Below, one piece after another: positions 51,192 through 60,205 of a stretch of 64,000 nucleotides of DNA. The stretch is from positions 32,001 through 96,000 of the IMG/VR virus record IMGVR_UViG_3300012204_000008. One strand, given 5' to 3'. This stretch comes from a virus. The notes beneath the pieces were generated by a model. That model was not told the origin of the DNA. It ran no database searches and saw only the letters and a list, made by a program, of their open reading frames with translations. Within the stretch, counting starts at the first letter, position 1; every line of letters begins with the position of its first letter. Both the position numbers and the translations under genes were made by a program.

Positions 51192-52201
51192 GAGTACTTA
51201 TAACAGGCGGGGCCGGTTTCGCAGGTCACCACCTAGTTGAGCATCTCCTTACTACAACTGACTGGGAAATTGTTGTCCTTGATTCACTAACATACGCCGG
51301 TAAGATTGATAGGTTAGTTGACTGTGAGGGATACGATCCAACACGAGTTTCTGTGATATGGCATGATCTTCGCGCACCATTAGACGTCGGTCTTGACAGA
51401 TCACTTGGTGAAATAACCGCTGTACTACATCTCGCTTCGGCTAGCCATGTAGATAGATCGATAACAGAACCAGTTTATTTCATTCAAAATAACGTTTTCG
51501 CAACTTTGAACCTGCTAGAATGGGCAAGGACCAGACCAGAACTCACTCACTTCATTCAGGTTAGTACCGATGAGATATACGGACCGTCACCGGAAGGAGA
51601 AGCCCATAGCGAATGGGACCCTCATCTACCATCAAATCCGTACTCAGCTAGTAAAGCGTGTCAAGAGGATATAACGATTGCATGGTGGCGTACATTCGGT
51701 GTTCCTGTCGTTATAACTAATACGATGAACATGTTTGGGCAACGCCAATTCCCTGAAAAATTCGTCCCAATGGCTATCAAGAAAATTCTTAACGATGAAC
51801 CAGTTCCTATCCATGCTAAGTTTGATCGTCGAGCTGATACTTGGATTTCAAGTTCACGACACTGGCTGCATGCAAGAAATCACGCGGACGCTTTGAAGTG
51901 GATCTTAGAGAATGAAAGAGCAGCCATGTTTCCTTATTGCGAACAACCAGATCGCTGGAATATTGTTGGAGAAGAACATACTGCGGGCGAAATAGCTCAA
52001 TTAATTGCAACAGTACTTGGGCGAGAAGGTGTAGGTGAGTTTGTCGACTACCACACATTACGTCCCGGCCACGACCACAGGTACGCTTTAGACGGCTCAA
52101 AACTCCGTGACGCCGGTTGGGAACCCCCAGTTGATTTCCATAAGTCATTGGAGCAAACTGTTCAATGGACAGCAAGATTTCCACAATGGTTAGAGTCTTG
52201 A
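51188..52201 (+). CDS. rmlB: dTDP-glucose 4,6-dehydratase
   Basis: ITGGAGFAG, LDSLTYAG, SHVDRSI, QVSTDEIYG, NPYSASK, RPGHD.RY. Confidence 0.9.
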   Translation: MRVLITGGAGFAGHHLVEHLLTTTDWEIVVLDSLTYAGKIDRLVDCEGYDPTRVSVIWHDLRAPLDVGLDRSLGEITAVLHLASASHVDRSITEPVYFIQNNVFATLNLLEWARTRPELTHFIQVSTDEIYGPSPEGEAHSEWDPHLPSNPYSASKACQEDITIAWWRTFGVPVVITNTMNMFGQRQFPEKFVPMAIKKILNDEPVPIHAKFDRRADTWISSSRHWLHARNHADALKWILENERAAMFPYCEQPDRWNIVGEEHTAGEIAQLIATVLGREGVGEFVDYHTLRPGHDHRYALDGSKLRDAGWEPPVDFHKSLEQTVQWTARFPQWLES

Positions 52202-52213
52202 TTGGAGTAGCAA

Positions 52214-52855
52214 ATGAAACGTTTCTTTGCGGTAGCTATAATAGTTACGACCGCATTGATAATTGGAAGCATGACACCCGCTCAAGCAACACACGCTTGG
52301 GGGAATTATCATTGGGCAAGATCCTCCAATCCATTCGTTGTGTCATTGGTAGATCAGACCACATATAATGCAGAGTTAATTCAGGCATCAAGTAATTGGT
52401 CGCAATCTGCCATACTCGACACGGCAATCGTCTCTTCGTGTAGTAAGCGCTGTGTGTCTGTTCAGAACGGTTCATATGGACTTACTGGCTGGATAGGACT
52501 TGCCACGATTTTTATTGATCCACAAACGAGCCATATCTATAGCGGAACCGTCAAGTTGAATGACACCTATCTGGTTACCCGCTCTGCTTCAGAACAATGG
52601 CCTATATATGTTATGTGCCAAGAGATAGGGCATACACTTGGATTAGACCACCAGGACACGGGTTTCAGAAATTCTAATCTTGGTACCTGCATGGACTATA
52701 CGAATAATCCGGCACGCGATGACGGAGTTGGTAATAATCTGCGACCTAACGCACATGACTATGAAGAGCTTGGTATAATTTATCAGCATCTTGATCGTCG
52801 TGGCCGAGGGCATGGCCAGCCGGCGAGCATCACATATATTATCCCTGCTCCATAG
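52214..52855 (+). CDS. Secreted metzincin/matrixin-like zinc protease (QExxH variant)
   Basis: Signal peptide ending AQA; MCQEIGHTLGLDH, Met-turn TCMDY. Confidence 0.75.
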   Translation: MKRFFAVAIIVTTALIIGSMTPAQATHAWGNYHWARSSNPFVVSLVDQTTYNAELIQASSNWSQSAILDTAIVSSCSKRCVSVQNGSYGLTGWIGLATIFIDPQTSHIYSGTVKLNDTYLVTRSASEQWPIYVMCQEIGHTLGLDHQDTGFRNSNLGTCMDYTNNPARDDGVGNNLRPNAHDYEELGIIYQHLDRRGRGHGQPASITYIIPAP

Positions 52856-52864
52856 AGTCATAGT

Positions 52865-53509
52865 ATGAAAAATTATGCGATAATCCTAACCCACAATAGA
52901 CCAACCCTGCTCTATCAGTGCGTACAATCAATCATTGATCAAGTTGACATGGTCATCATAGTAGACAACGCAAGCAATCCATCCGTGAATATTCTTCAAA
53001 GCGGTATAGAAGTTATTCGCGATCCTGAGCAACCTCCCAATATCGCAAAGATGTGGAATCAGCAAATTAATAGAATAGCAGAGCAAAACTCGCTCGAAGA
53101 AATGTGGAACATAGCTTTACTGTGTGATGATACAATAATTCCACCGTATTGGTATATCAAGGTCTCTACAGCAATGAGAGACGTTGGAGTTTCAGCGGCC
53201 TCAACGCACAGTTATGCACCAATTAGTTCTTCATATCGACTAACTTCCTTAACCAATGGCGCAGATAGAATGTGTCCTTGGGCATTTATGATAGCCGGTG
53301 AAAGCAGACTGCGTGCTGATGAATCATTGCATTGGTGGTATTGTGATACAGACTTGGACTGGCAAGCCCGCGTTAATGGAGGAACATTAATCGTTGACGG
53401 ACCAATTGTTCCGAATGAGAGAATTGGTGAATACACGCAAAGGCCAGAGCTTAGCCTCCAGGCTAAAGAAGATGAAAGAACCTTCTACGCAAAGTGGTTC
53501 GGAAAGTGA
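52865..53509 (+). CDS. Glycosyltransferase family 2
   Basis: IILTHNRP, IVDNAS, LLCDD, WWYCDTDL. Confidence 0.8.
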   Translation: MKNYAIILTHNRPTLLYQCVQSIIDQVDMVIIVDNASNPSVNILQSGIEVIRDPEQPPNIAKMWNQQINRIAEQNSLEEMWNIALLCDDTIIPPYWYIKVSTAMRDVGVSAASTHSYAPISSSYRLTSLTNGADRMCPWAFMIAGESRLRADESLHWWYCDTDLDWQARVNGGTLIVDGPIVPNERIGEYTQRPELSLQAKEDERTFYAKWFGK

Positions 53510-54135
53510 GAAGCGACATCAATGTTGTCTACGGCTGCTGCACTGGTGATTGGGAAAAATTCCAGCGCAATGTAATTTCGCGAGTTCAAAACCGTCGGAT
53601 AATCGCCACAAGTGGACACACTGGAATTGTTGCACCTTACAACATGATTCTTGATGCAGTAGTTGATTGGAATCTAGACGCACTGATTTTACTCCACGAT
53701 GATTTAGAACTAACTGATCCTGACGGTGAAGAAAAACTCATAAATGCACTAGCTGATCCCCAAGTTGCACTTGCTGGTGTAGCAGGAGGAGGGGGAGGAT
53801 CCCTATACTGGTGGGATCACTCACCAATCGGGCACCAATTAACAGACGTTACAAATATCGATTTTGGTACACGGGAGGGAGAAGTAACCCTCGTTGAAGG
53901 TAGTATTATGGCCTTATCTCCGTGGTTAATTCGCAATCTCCGGTTTGACAGTATCTTTACTGGCTTTCATGGATATGATGAAATAGGTATGCAAATTCGT
54001 TCCCATGGCAAGAAATCCGTGGTAGTAGACGTTGATACACATCATCATAATCCAACGGGTTACTCCTCACCAGAGAGTGCAGAAATGTGCCGTCTAGCCA
54101 ATCAACTCTATAAGGAAAAATGGGGATTACCGTGA
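53506..54135 (+). CDS. GT-A glycosyltransferase-like protein (StrF-like)
   Basis: PYN, LLHDD, AGVAG, RFD...GFHGYD; GTGA overlap. Confidence 0.7.
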   Translation: MRSDINVVYGCCTGDWEKFQRNVISRVQNRRIIATSGHTGIVAPYNMILDAVVDWNLDALILLHDDLELTDPDGEEKLINALADPQVALAGVAGGGGGSLYWWDHSPIGHQLTDVTNIDFGTREGEVTLVEGSIMALSPWLIRNLRFDSIFTGFHGYDEIGMQIRSHGKKSVVVDVDTHHHNPTGYSSPESAEMCRLANQLYKEKWGLP

Positions 54136-54767
54136 CAGATGTGCCATGGACGAAATTCACTTATTCCCTTTCAGACTTCCCATTTCCTGATATGGTTGCC
54201 ACTTCTATCTATACAGAAGACTTGACTGCACTTTCTTTAAAAAAGACTAAAAACACATGGCAAACAGATCAGCAGAGCCCTTGGCATGATTTGTTTTATC
54301 AAAAGTTTAATTCATGGCAAGAAACATACATTCAATTCATACGAGAGGAGATAAGTCCATTAATAGGTGAGCCATACTACTATCAAAAAGTACCAACATT
54401 TCGTATCCATTTACCAGATAATATTGCAGTAGGTGAATTTCATACGGATGCGATGTATCACCATCCATTAGGAGAAGAGTCATTCTGGCTACCATTGACA
54501 GAAGCTTATGACACATGTAGTTTATGGATTGAGGACGACGAGAAAAATTTTCGCTCTGTAAAGGCTTCTCCTGGAGAAGTGATTCGATTTTCAGCAGTAA
54601 CACGATTGCACGGTAATAAAATCAATATTGAAGGACGTTCTCGTGTCAGCTTTGATTTTAGATGTTTGCCAGTGAGACTTCTTCCGAAAGAAAAGGGAAA
54701 AACCACCATGCATACAAAGTTGAAATTTTCTCCAGGCGGTTATTATTCATCAGAGGTTATAGGATGA
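54132..54767 (+). CDS. 2OG-Fe(II) dioxygenase-fold protein (StrG-like)
   Basis: QKVPTFRIH, FHTD..YHHP, WLPLT, LHGN, RVSFDFR (HxD...H...RxS). Confidence 0.75.
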   Translation: MTDVPWTKFTYSLSDFPFPDMVATSIYTEDLTALSLKKTKNTWQTDQQSPWHDLFYQKFNSWQETYIQFIREEISPLIGEPYYYQKVPTFRIHLPDNIAVGEFHTDAMYHHPLGEESFWLPLTEAYDTCSLWIEDDEKNFRSVKASPGEVIRFSAVTRLHGNKINIEGRSRVSFDFRCLPVRLLPKEKGKTTMHTKLKFSPGGYYSSEVIG

Positions 54768-55297
54768 AACTTAATCTTGGAAGCGGTGATAGGTATGAAG
54801 ATGGCTGGATTAACGTAGATCATGGATATATAGGAAAGAAAGATCAACGAGTTAATTTAGCAGGGCCATTACCATGGGAAAAAGAAAGCGTGTCGTACGT
54901 ATATGCCGGTCACTTACTAGAGCACTTAACGAAAAAGGAATGTCTAGAGCTCCTGACCAACTTATTACCACTGATGATAAACGGTGGAAAATTAATGATC
55001 GTGGGACCAGACATAGAAAAAGCAAGAGAGATGATGGAAGCTGGGACATTTGACTATACCTATCATTCTCTAAATTCGTTACTCTATGGCGGACATAGAT
55101 GGGAGGGAGACGATCATAAGTGGGAGACGAATGAGAAAGAGATAACTGAGCTCTTGACTATAGCTGGATGGAGTGAGATTCAAAGTATAGGAATAAGTAA
55201 TGTGGGTGTAGAATGGCCTGTAGCAGATAGAGCTCCGCAATGGCAGTATGCCATTCTAGCTAGAAAGGGAAAGGAGAAAGAATTAGATGAAACGTGA
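54764..55297 (+). CDS. Class I SAM-dependent methyltransferase
   Basis: KLNLGSG...GWINVD, HLLEHL, GGKL; ATG 54764 in ATGA overlap. Confidence 0.8.
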   Translation: MKLNLGSGDRYEDGWINVDHGYIGKKDQRVNLAGPLPWEKESVSYVYAGHLLEHLTKKECLELLTNLLPLMINGGKLMIVGPDIEKAREMMEAGTFDYTYHSLNSLLYGGHRWEGDDHKWETNEKEITELLTIAGWSEIQSIGISNVGVEWPVADRAPQWQYAILARKGKEKELDET

Positions 55298-56510
55298 AAA
55301 CTGTGGCGCTTGCGGCTCTGATAAGCTAGATATCTTCTTAGATCTTGGCAATTCTCCGCTTGCTGACGCTTATACTGCAACAGCCTATGAAGAAAGTGAA
55401 CTATTTCCTTTACAGCTAGCAGTTTGTACTGATTGTCTATTAGTACAACTAGTGGAAGTTGTAGCCCCAGAGATCCTGTTTGGCAGAGGATACTCTTTTT
55501 ACTCCTCTGCCTCCCCTCCACTTTCTGCCTATAATGCTCTTTACGCATGGAAAATATTGAGCACATACAAAATCCAAGCCAAACAACTCACCGTAGAGAT
55601 TGGCTGCAATGATGGAGATCTATTAAGTCACTTCGCGAAAAGTAACTGCAAGACACTCGGAATTGATCCTGCAGAAGGACCGGCTAAGGTGGCTAGAGAG
55701 AGGGGGCTTGAAGTCCTTGTTAGTTCTTTTGATGTTAATATGGCAAGAGAGATCAAGGCGGAGCGGGGTCCAGTCGGTGTTATCATTGCAAATCATGTAC
55801 TAGCTCACGTTGAAAACGTTTCGGAAGTACTAGAGGGAATTAAGCTCCTGCTCGCAAGGAATGGAGTAGCTTATATAGAGGTCCAGTATCTACCCGATTT
55901 ATTGGTCAATAACTCCTTTGATATGGTTTATCACGAGCATCGTAACTTTTTCACCCTGCATAGTTTAGAAAATGCAGCAAAGCAATGGGGATTACGAATC
56001 CTTTCTGCTAAGTTAACCAATCGTCAAGCTGGTTCACTTAGAGTAGTGTTGACGCATACTAATAATTTCTTAGCTTCCTCCCCCCTTTATAAAAAAGAGG
56101 ATCTCCTCCGATCTGAAGAATGGCTACAATCCCCAAATGCCTACATCGGCCTTCAAGGCCGAGCCGATCGAATCAGAGAAAGACTTCTCGACTTGGTCTA
56201 TAATGCAGACAGGCCAATGATTGGATACGGTGCTCCAGCCAAAGCTACTACATTATTGAATTTCTGTGGAATTAATTTCAGCAGCTTCGAGAGAGTCATA
56301 GATGCCACTCCGGCAAAACAAGGGCGCTTTATCCCAGGCACGGGAATACAAATCGTTTCACCTGAAAATGGAAAAAGAGAAATGGAAAAAGCGAGGACGA
56401 TACTATTACTTTCATGGAATTATGCGTCCCAAATCATGCAAAATCATATCACACATGCAGTAAGTGGAGGAAAATGGATACTACCTTTCCCGGCCCCAAT
56501 GGTTTTCTAA
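55287..56510 (+). CDS. NDP-hexose C3-methyltransferase (TylC3/TcaB9/NovU family)
   Basis: Zinc site CGAC...CTDC, LDLG.SPLA, EIGCNDG, NHVLAH, YHEH, GYGAPAKA, KQGRF.PG. Confidence 0.9.
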   Translation: MKRENCGACGSDKLDIFLDLGNSPLADAYTATAYEESELFPLQLAVCTDCLLVQLVEVVAPEILFGRGYSFYSSASPPLSAYNALYAWKILSTYKIQAKQLTVEIGCNDGDLLSHFAKSNCKTLGIDPAEGPAKVARERGLEVLVSSFDVNMAREIKAERGPVGVIIANHVLAHVENVSEVLEGIKLLLARNGVAYIEVQYLPDLLVNNSFDMVYHEHRNFFTLHSLENAAKQWGLRILSAKLTNRQAGSLRVVLTHTNNFLASSPLYKKEDLLRSEEWLQSPNAYIGLQGRADRIRERLLDLVYNADRPMIGYGAPAKATTLLNFCGINFSSFERVIDATPAKQGRFIPGTGIQIVSPENGKREMEKARTILLLSWNYASQIMQNHITHAVSGGKWILPFPAPMVF

Positions 56511-56519
56511 TGGTATAAT
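56511..56519 (+). promoter_or_regulatory. Extended -10 promoter
   Basis: TGGTATAAT, a perfect TGn-TATAAT, immediately after the upstream stop. Confidence 0.65.
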
Positions 56520-56545
56520 AGTTTCATGGCGCAGGAGGCACAGTA

Positions 56546-56767
56546 ATGTCTATTTTACCCTATCTCAAAGCATTTGCCGGTGGAACTTTAGCAGGACTAA
56601 CAACGCTCGGCACAACAATGGTAGAAAGCAGCGCCGGGGGAAGTAGTATTGTCGGCTCAGAATGGGTGGGTATAGCCGTTGCTGCATTAGGTACTTTTCT
56701 CGGCGTTCTAGCGATTCCAAATATAACAAATAAAGAGGAGACGAGTTCATTTGAGGGCAAAGAGTAG
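56546..56767 (+). CDS. Holin-like protein (two hydrophobic helices)
   Basis: AGGAGG SD; YLKAF..., EW..., .IPN actinophage holin pattern; charged C-terminus. Confidence 0.7.
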   Translation: MSILPYLKAFAGGTLAGLTTLGTTMVESSAGGSSIVGSEWVGIAVAALGTFLGVLAIPNITNKEETSSFEGKE

Positions 56768-56768
56768 C

Positions 56769-56963
56769 GTGCATCTTGCAATGTGTGTCATAGGTCAAGA
56801 GTGGTCATCGTACTGTCAATGCGATGGACCTTGTTGTGAAAAGCAATGGAAACCAAGACTAGAAGGGCACACATTAGGAATCTGCGTTTGCAGGCATTGC
56901 CCATGCGAATCAGCGGCTAGGGCAAATAGAATGGGAGTTTATGGCCTAAGAGGAAAATTTTGA
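56769..56963 (+). CDS. Small Cys-rich protein
   Basis: CQCDGPCC...CVCRHCPC; fills the gap. Confidence 0.45.
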   Translation: MHLAMCVIGQEWSSYCQCDGPCCEKQWKPRLEGHTLGICVCRHCPCESAARANRMGVYGLRGKF

Positions 56964-57673
56964 TGACTGGCATCGGAGAACACGGAGCTTTAGGGCGGCG
57001 TGAACCAACCGATTGGCGTCACGTAGAGCGATTTCCTTTATTTCAACTCTCTCTTGCAGAACGCCCTAAGGGCGTACCTAGCGCAATTGGTATCAATTGG
57101 TATACAGAATTTGATAGACCCACTGAGGGAAATGACGGTAGATGGAGAATAGCCCAAGACGCTAGACTTACTTCCATACGTGGCGGGCATTGCATCTGCG
57201 TCTTACCGAATAGGTTTCGAGAGTATCCTACATGGTGGAAATTCTATAATCAGGGACACGAAGGAAGTTGTGTGGGTTTCGGAGTGAGCCGCATGATGAC
57301 CAATATTAATCGGTCTCTATACAACGCCCGTTGGCTTTATCAACAAGCCCAGTTAGTGGACGAATGGGCAGACACGCCGCCAGCAGAAGGAACTTCTGTA
57401 AGAGCAGGGCTTGATGTCTTGCGTTCAGTTGGAAATAGACGATTTAATCGCGGTAAACTATACGAGGCAGACATTTCTGAAGGAATTTCAGCTAATAGAT
57501 GGGCAACTTCACTGCAAGATTGGCTCAACGTTCTTGATCGCCCTAGCGCATACGAGGTACCATTTGTGAATTCTTGGGGGATTAGGTTTCCTCACATAAC
57601 ATGGGTCCCGGTTGAGGTAATTGAGCGCCTAATGAATGAAGGCGGAGAATTCAGTGTCGTCACGGATAGATAA
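56960..57673 (+). CDS. Papain-like (C1) cysteine protease with rearranged motif order
   Basis: GGHC precedes NQG.EGSCVGF; GTSVRAG; NSWG. Confidence 0.75.
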   Translation: MMTGIGEHGALGRREPTDWRHVERFPLFQLSLAERPKGVPSAIGINWYTEFDRPTEGNDGRWRIAQDARLTSIRGGHCICVLPNRFREYPTWWKFYNQGHEGSCVGFGVSRMMTNINRSLYNARWLYQQAQLVDEWADTPPAEGTSVRAGLDVLRSVGNRRFNRGKLYEADISEGISANRWATSLQDWLNVLDRPSAYEVPFVNSWGIRFPHITWVPVEVIERLMNEGGEFSVVTDR

Positions 57674-57688
57674 GAGGGAGGAGGAATT

Positions 57689-58066
57689 ATGAGACGCTCT
57701 ATTTTCCTGACCTTTTCAATCTCACTAATAGCGGTGATCACATTCTTAGCCGCACCAAGAACGTCAACTCCTACGAGTTGGGCTGTGGTAAACCTTGACG
57801 GTTCATTGGCCCGAGGGAGAGACGCTGTTTCAAGTGCTCAACTCGGAGTCGACGGTCAATACGAAGTAGTGTTCAATCGGGACGTTTCCCAATGCGCGTA
57901 TGTCGCTAACGGTGGGGAGGCTACTACTATCGGTCCCGACGACGCGATCGTGCTCACAGTAGCACCCCGAGAGGGGAATCCTTCCGCTGTCTTTATTCAG
58001 GAGTGGGACGGGGTACTTGCCCGCGACTCGTACTCCTCCGGTTTTCACTTAGTCGTTACCTGCTAA
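57689..58066 (+). CDS. Secreted small beta-rich protein
   Basis: GGAGGAGG SD; signal peptide; WAVV..DG...RG, G.YEVVF..DVS.CAY, FHLVVTC. Confidence 0.7.
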   Translation: MRRSIFLTFSISLIAVITFLAAPRTSTPTSWAVVNLDGSLARGRDAVSSAQLGVDGQYEVVFNRDVSQCAYVANGGEATTIGPDDAIVLTVAPREGNPSAVFIQEWDGVLARDSYSSGFHLVVTC

Positions 58067-58084
58067 AAATTAAGAGTCGTTATA

Positions 58085-59065
58085 ATGACGAAGCGAATAC
58101 GTTTTGTAATGGCCATTATGGTTGTACTGACTGCCTTCTTCGCGTTCACCATTAATAAAGCGAATAGTGAGACTCCCCCTCCAAAACTCGGCATTTGGCA
58201 GAACCCACCTTATCTCAGTGGCACTTGGTTACAGAAACAAACAGCAGCGGAATCACAATTTGGCGCGTTCGCTGGGCATTGGCGACAGTTCAAACCGCCC
58301 TCATCGAATGGGCAGTTGTCATCTGACGAAGAGTGGGCACTCAATAATGGGAAGAGACTGTTTAGCAACTGGAAGGTCGCTGGAAGTCTAACCTGGGCAC
58401 AAACAGCGGCAGGTGCCAGGGATTCGGCTATCGTGGCTGCCGCACAAGATTGGGCCGCGACGTGTGAAGACAACGGCGAGTGTTGGATCACATTCCATCA
58501 CGAGCCGGAAAATGACATTGGAAGCTCTGGCTCAGGTATGACAGCCGTAGACTATCGTAATATGCTTCAACACGTTGTGCCTCTGTGGCGTACGTACGCA
58601 TCAGAAGTGAAGGTTGTATGGACAATGATGGGATACGAGGGGCACCGGCCCTTATATCCCATCTTATACCCTGGCGACGGCTATGTAGACTACATCGGCC
58701 ACGATCCATATATCAACGCAACAGAGAATCCGTTGAACCTAGCCAATAAGATGATAACTAGATCGCAGTGGTTCACTACCAATATTTCTTCCACCAAGCC
58801 TTATGTGATCGCCGAGTGGGGTACTGATCTCAAGTATGGCCGCGGAACAGTTCAACACCGCACAGATGCAATCAACGAAGTAACTCGCCTTCTACCAGAG
58901 CTCTCTTCTGTTGGAATTATTGAGCTAGATCATTTCAATGCACGGGATCATTACCTCTCGACCCCCGATCTCTCGGGCGCGGACTCCGCGGCGTTCAAGG
59001 CACTCAAGAACGCTACTGAAATTGTTGCTCCTACTCCCACAGTTACGGCTACCCCATGCCCTTAG
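58085..59065 (+). CDS. Secreted glycoside hydrolase, GH26-like (clan GH-A)
   Basis: Signal peptide; HHEPE acid/base, YPGDGYVDYIG.DPY, KPYVIAEWG nucleophile. Confidence 0.8.
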   Translation: MTKRIRFVMAIMVVLTAFFAFTINKANSETPPPKLGIWQNPPYLSGTWLQKQTAAESQFGAFAGHWRQFKPPSSNGQLSSDEEWALNNGKRLFSNWKVAGSLTWAQTAAGARDSAIVAAAQDWAATCEDNGECWITFHHEPENDIGSSGSGMTAVDYRNMLQHVVPLWRTYASEVKVVWTMMGYEGHRPLYPILYPGDGYVDYIGHDPYINATENPLNLANKMITRSQWFTTNISSTKPYVIAEWGTDLKYGRGTVQHRTDAINEVTRLLPELSSVGIIELDHFNARDHYLSTPDLSGADSAAFKALKNATEIVAPTPTVTATPCP

Positions 59066-59230
59066 AACCTGTAGAATTTTGCTGGACACATTGGGAATGG
59101 CTCGATAATGATATGCACGAGAAGACAACCTTATGTGACATCGACCTTATTTCACGTTCAACTGCTTCTGTCTCCATGTTAAGAAAAATTAATGACGTTC
59201 CAATAAGAGACGAACTACTTTAGGAGTGAA

Positions 59231-59734
59231 ATGAAGAAAATAATCGCAATAGTAACTTCCATTGTTCTTGCTCTCATTGCTATATTCACATTTGCTACAC
59301 CTGCGAGCGCATCAACAACCTATACTCACAAATACAAGATCTACGGAACATACTATGGAGACAATAACGTTGAACTTTACATATGGGTACAATACAAGAT
59401 AAGCAATGATCGGACTGTTGACTGGTATGGATTAACTCAAGCATGCTCGAATTACGCAGGAAACATTATGGGTTGGCTACATAACAATAGCGGCGACGTT
59501 AGTGGAACAGGTTACGGTCTTCAAGGTCCTCCACCATGCAGCAACCCGCAAGTATTAGATACAGATAATCGCAATTTTACAGCAAGCTCAAATCCTGGTT
59601 GGTCTCAATATTGGCGTCCAGCAGGAACTCCTGAATCCCAGCCATCATGCAACTACTTTGTGAGATTTAATGATGGATGGATCATAAGATGGGATCCTAC
59701 CCCATCATGGTGTCACGTCCAACAGATCTATTAA
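59231..59734 (+). CDS. Secreted hypothetical protein
   Basis: AGGAG SD; MKK signal peptide ending PASA; four Cys. Confidence 0.7.
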   Translation: MKKIIAIVTSIVLALIAIFTFATPASASTTYTHKYKIYGTYYGDNNVELYIWVQYKISNDRTVDWYGLTQACSNYAGNIMGWLHNNSGDVSGTGYGLQGPPPCSNPQVLDTDNRNFTASSNPGWSQYWRPAGTPESQPSCNYFVRFNDGWIIRWDPTPSWCHVQQIY

Positions 59735-59761
59735 TCTAGAGAGGGAAATAAGATCAAAGGT

Positions 59762-60205
59762 ATGTTGCGGCGGGCTGAGAGGACTAGAAGAAGGCTCTTC
59801 TCAGTTCCGTTCGCGACTGCAATTGCATGCATCGGGATAAATAACGGACTTACTGTTTTCATTTCAAAACGTTCAGTGGTTTCTGCAGCCCTCCCAACCT
59901 TTTTCCAATCTCTGTGGGCCATTTTCTATATAATTGCTGGTATAATGATCCTAATTGGAATCGGAATGGGGGCAAGAAACATTGAAGCTGCTGGCTGTAT
60001 TGCCTTTTGCGGCGGATCTCTCATCAATGCACTGGCTGTTGCGGATGTCTTAGGTTGGACCAGTTGGAACTCAATTTGTGTATTGCTTCTATTTTCTATT
60101 TTCTCGTTCATACGCGCAATGAACATAATGCAAGGGAAGGTTCTCGTATTGCTGAAGGTGGTAAACGGAGATGGAGATGATTTCTCTTCTACTCCTCGCC
60201 ACTAG
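59762..60205 (+). CDS. Four-helix membrane protein (holin-like candidate)
   Basis: Four hydrophobic segments. Confidence 0.6.
   Translation: MLRRAERTRRRLFSVPFATAIACIGINNGLTVFISKRSVVSAALPTFFQSLWAIFYIIAGIMILIGIGMGARNIEAAGCIAFCGGSLINALAVADVLGWTSWNSICVLLLFSIFSFIRAMNIMQGKVLVLLKVVNGDGDDFSSTPRH

Noticed and set aside
59066-59230. Intergenic gap with short ORFs, as a possible gene or ncRNA
   Set aside because: No convincing SD, motif or strong stem was found; left unannotated.
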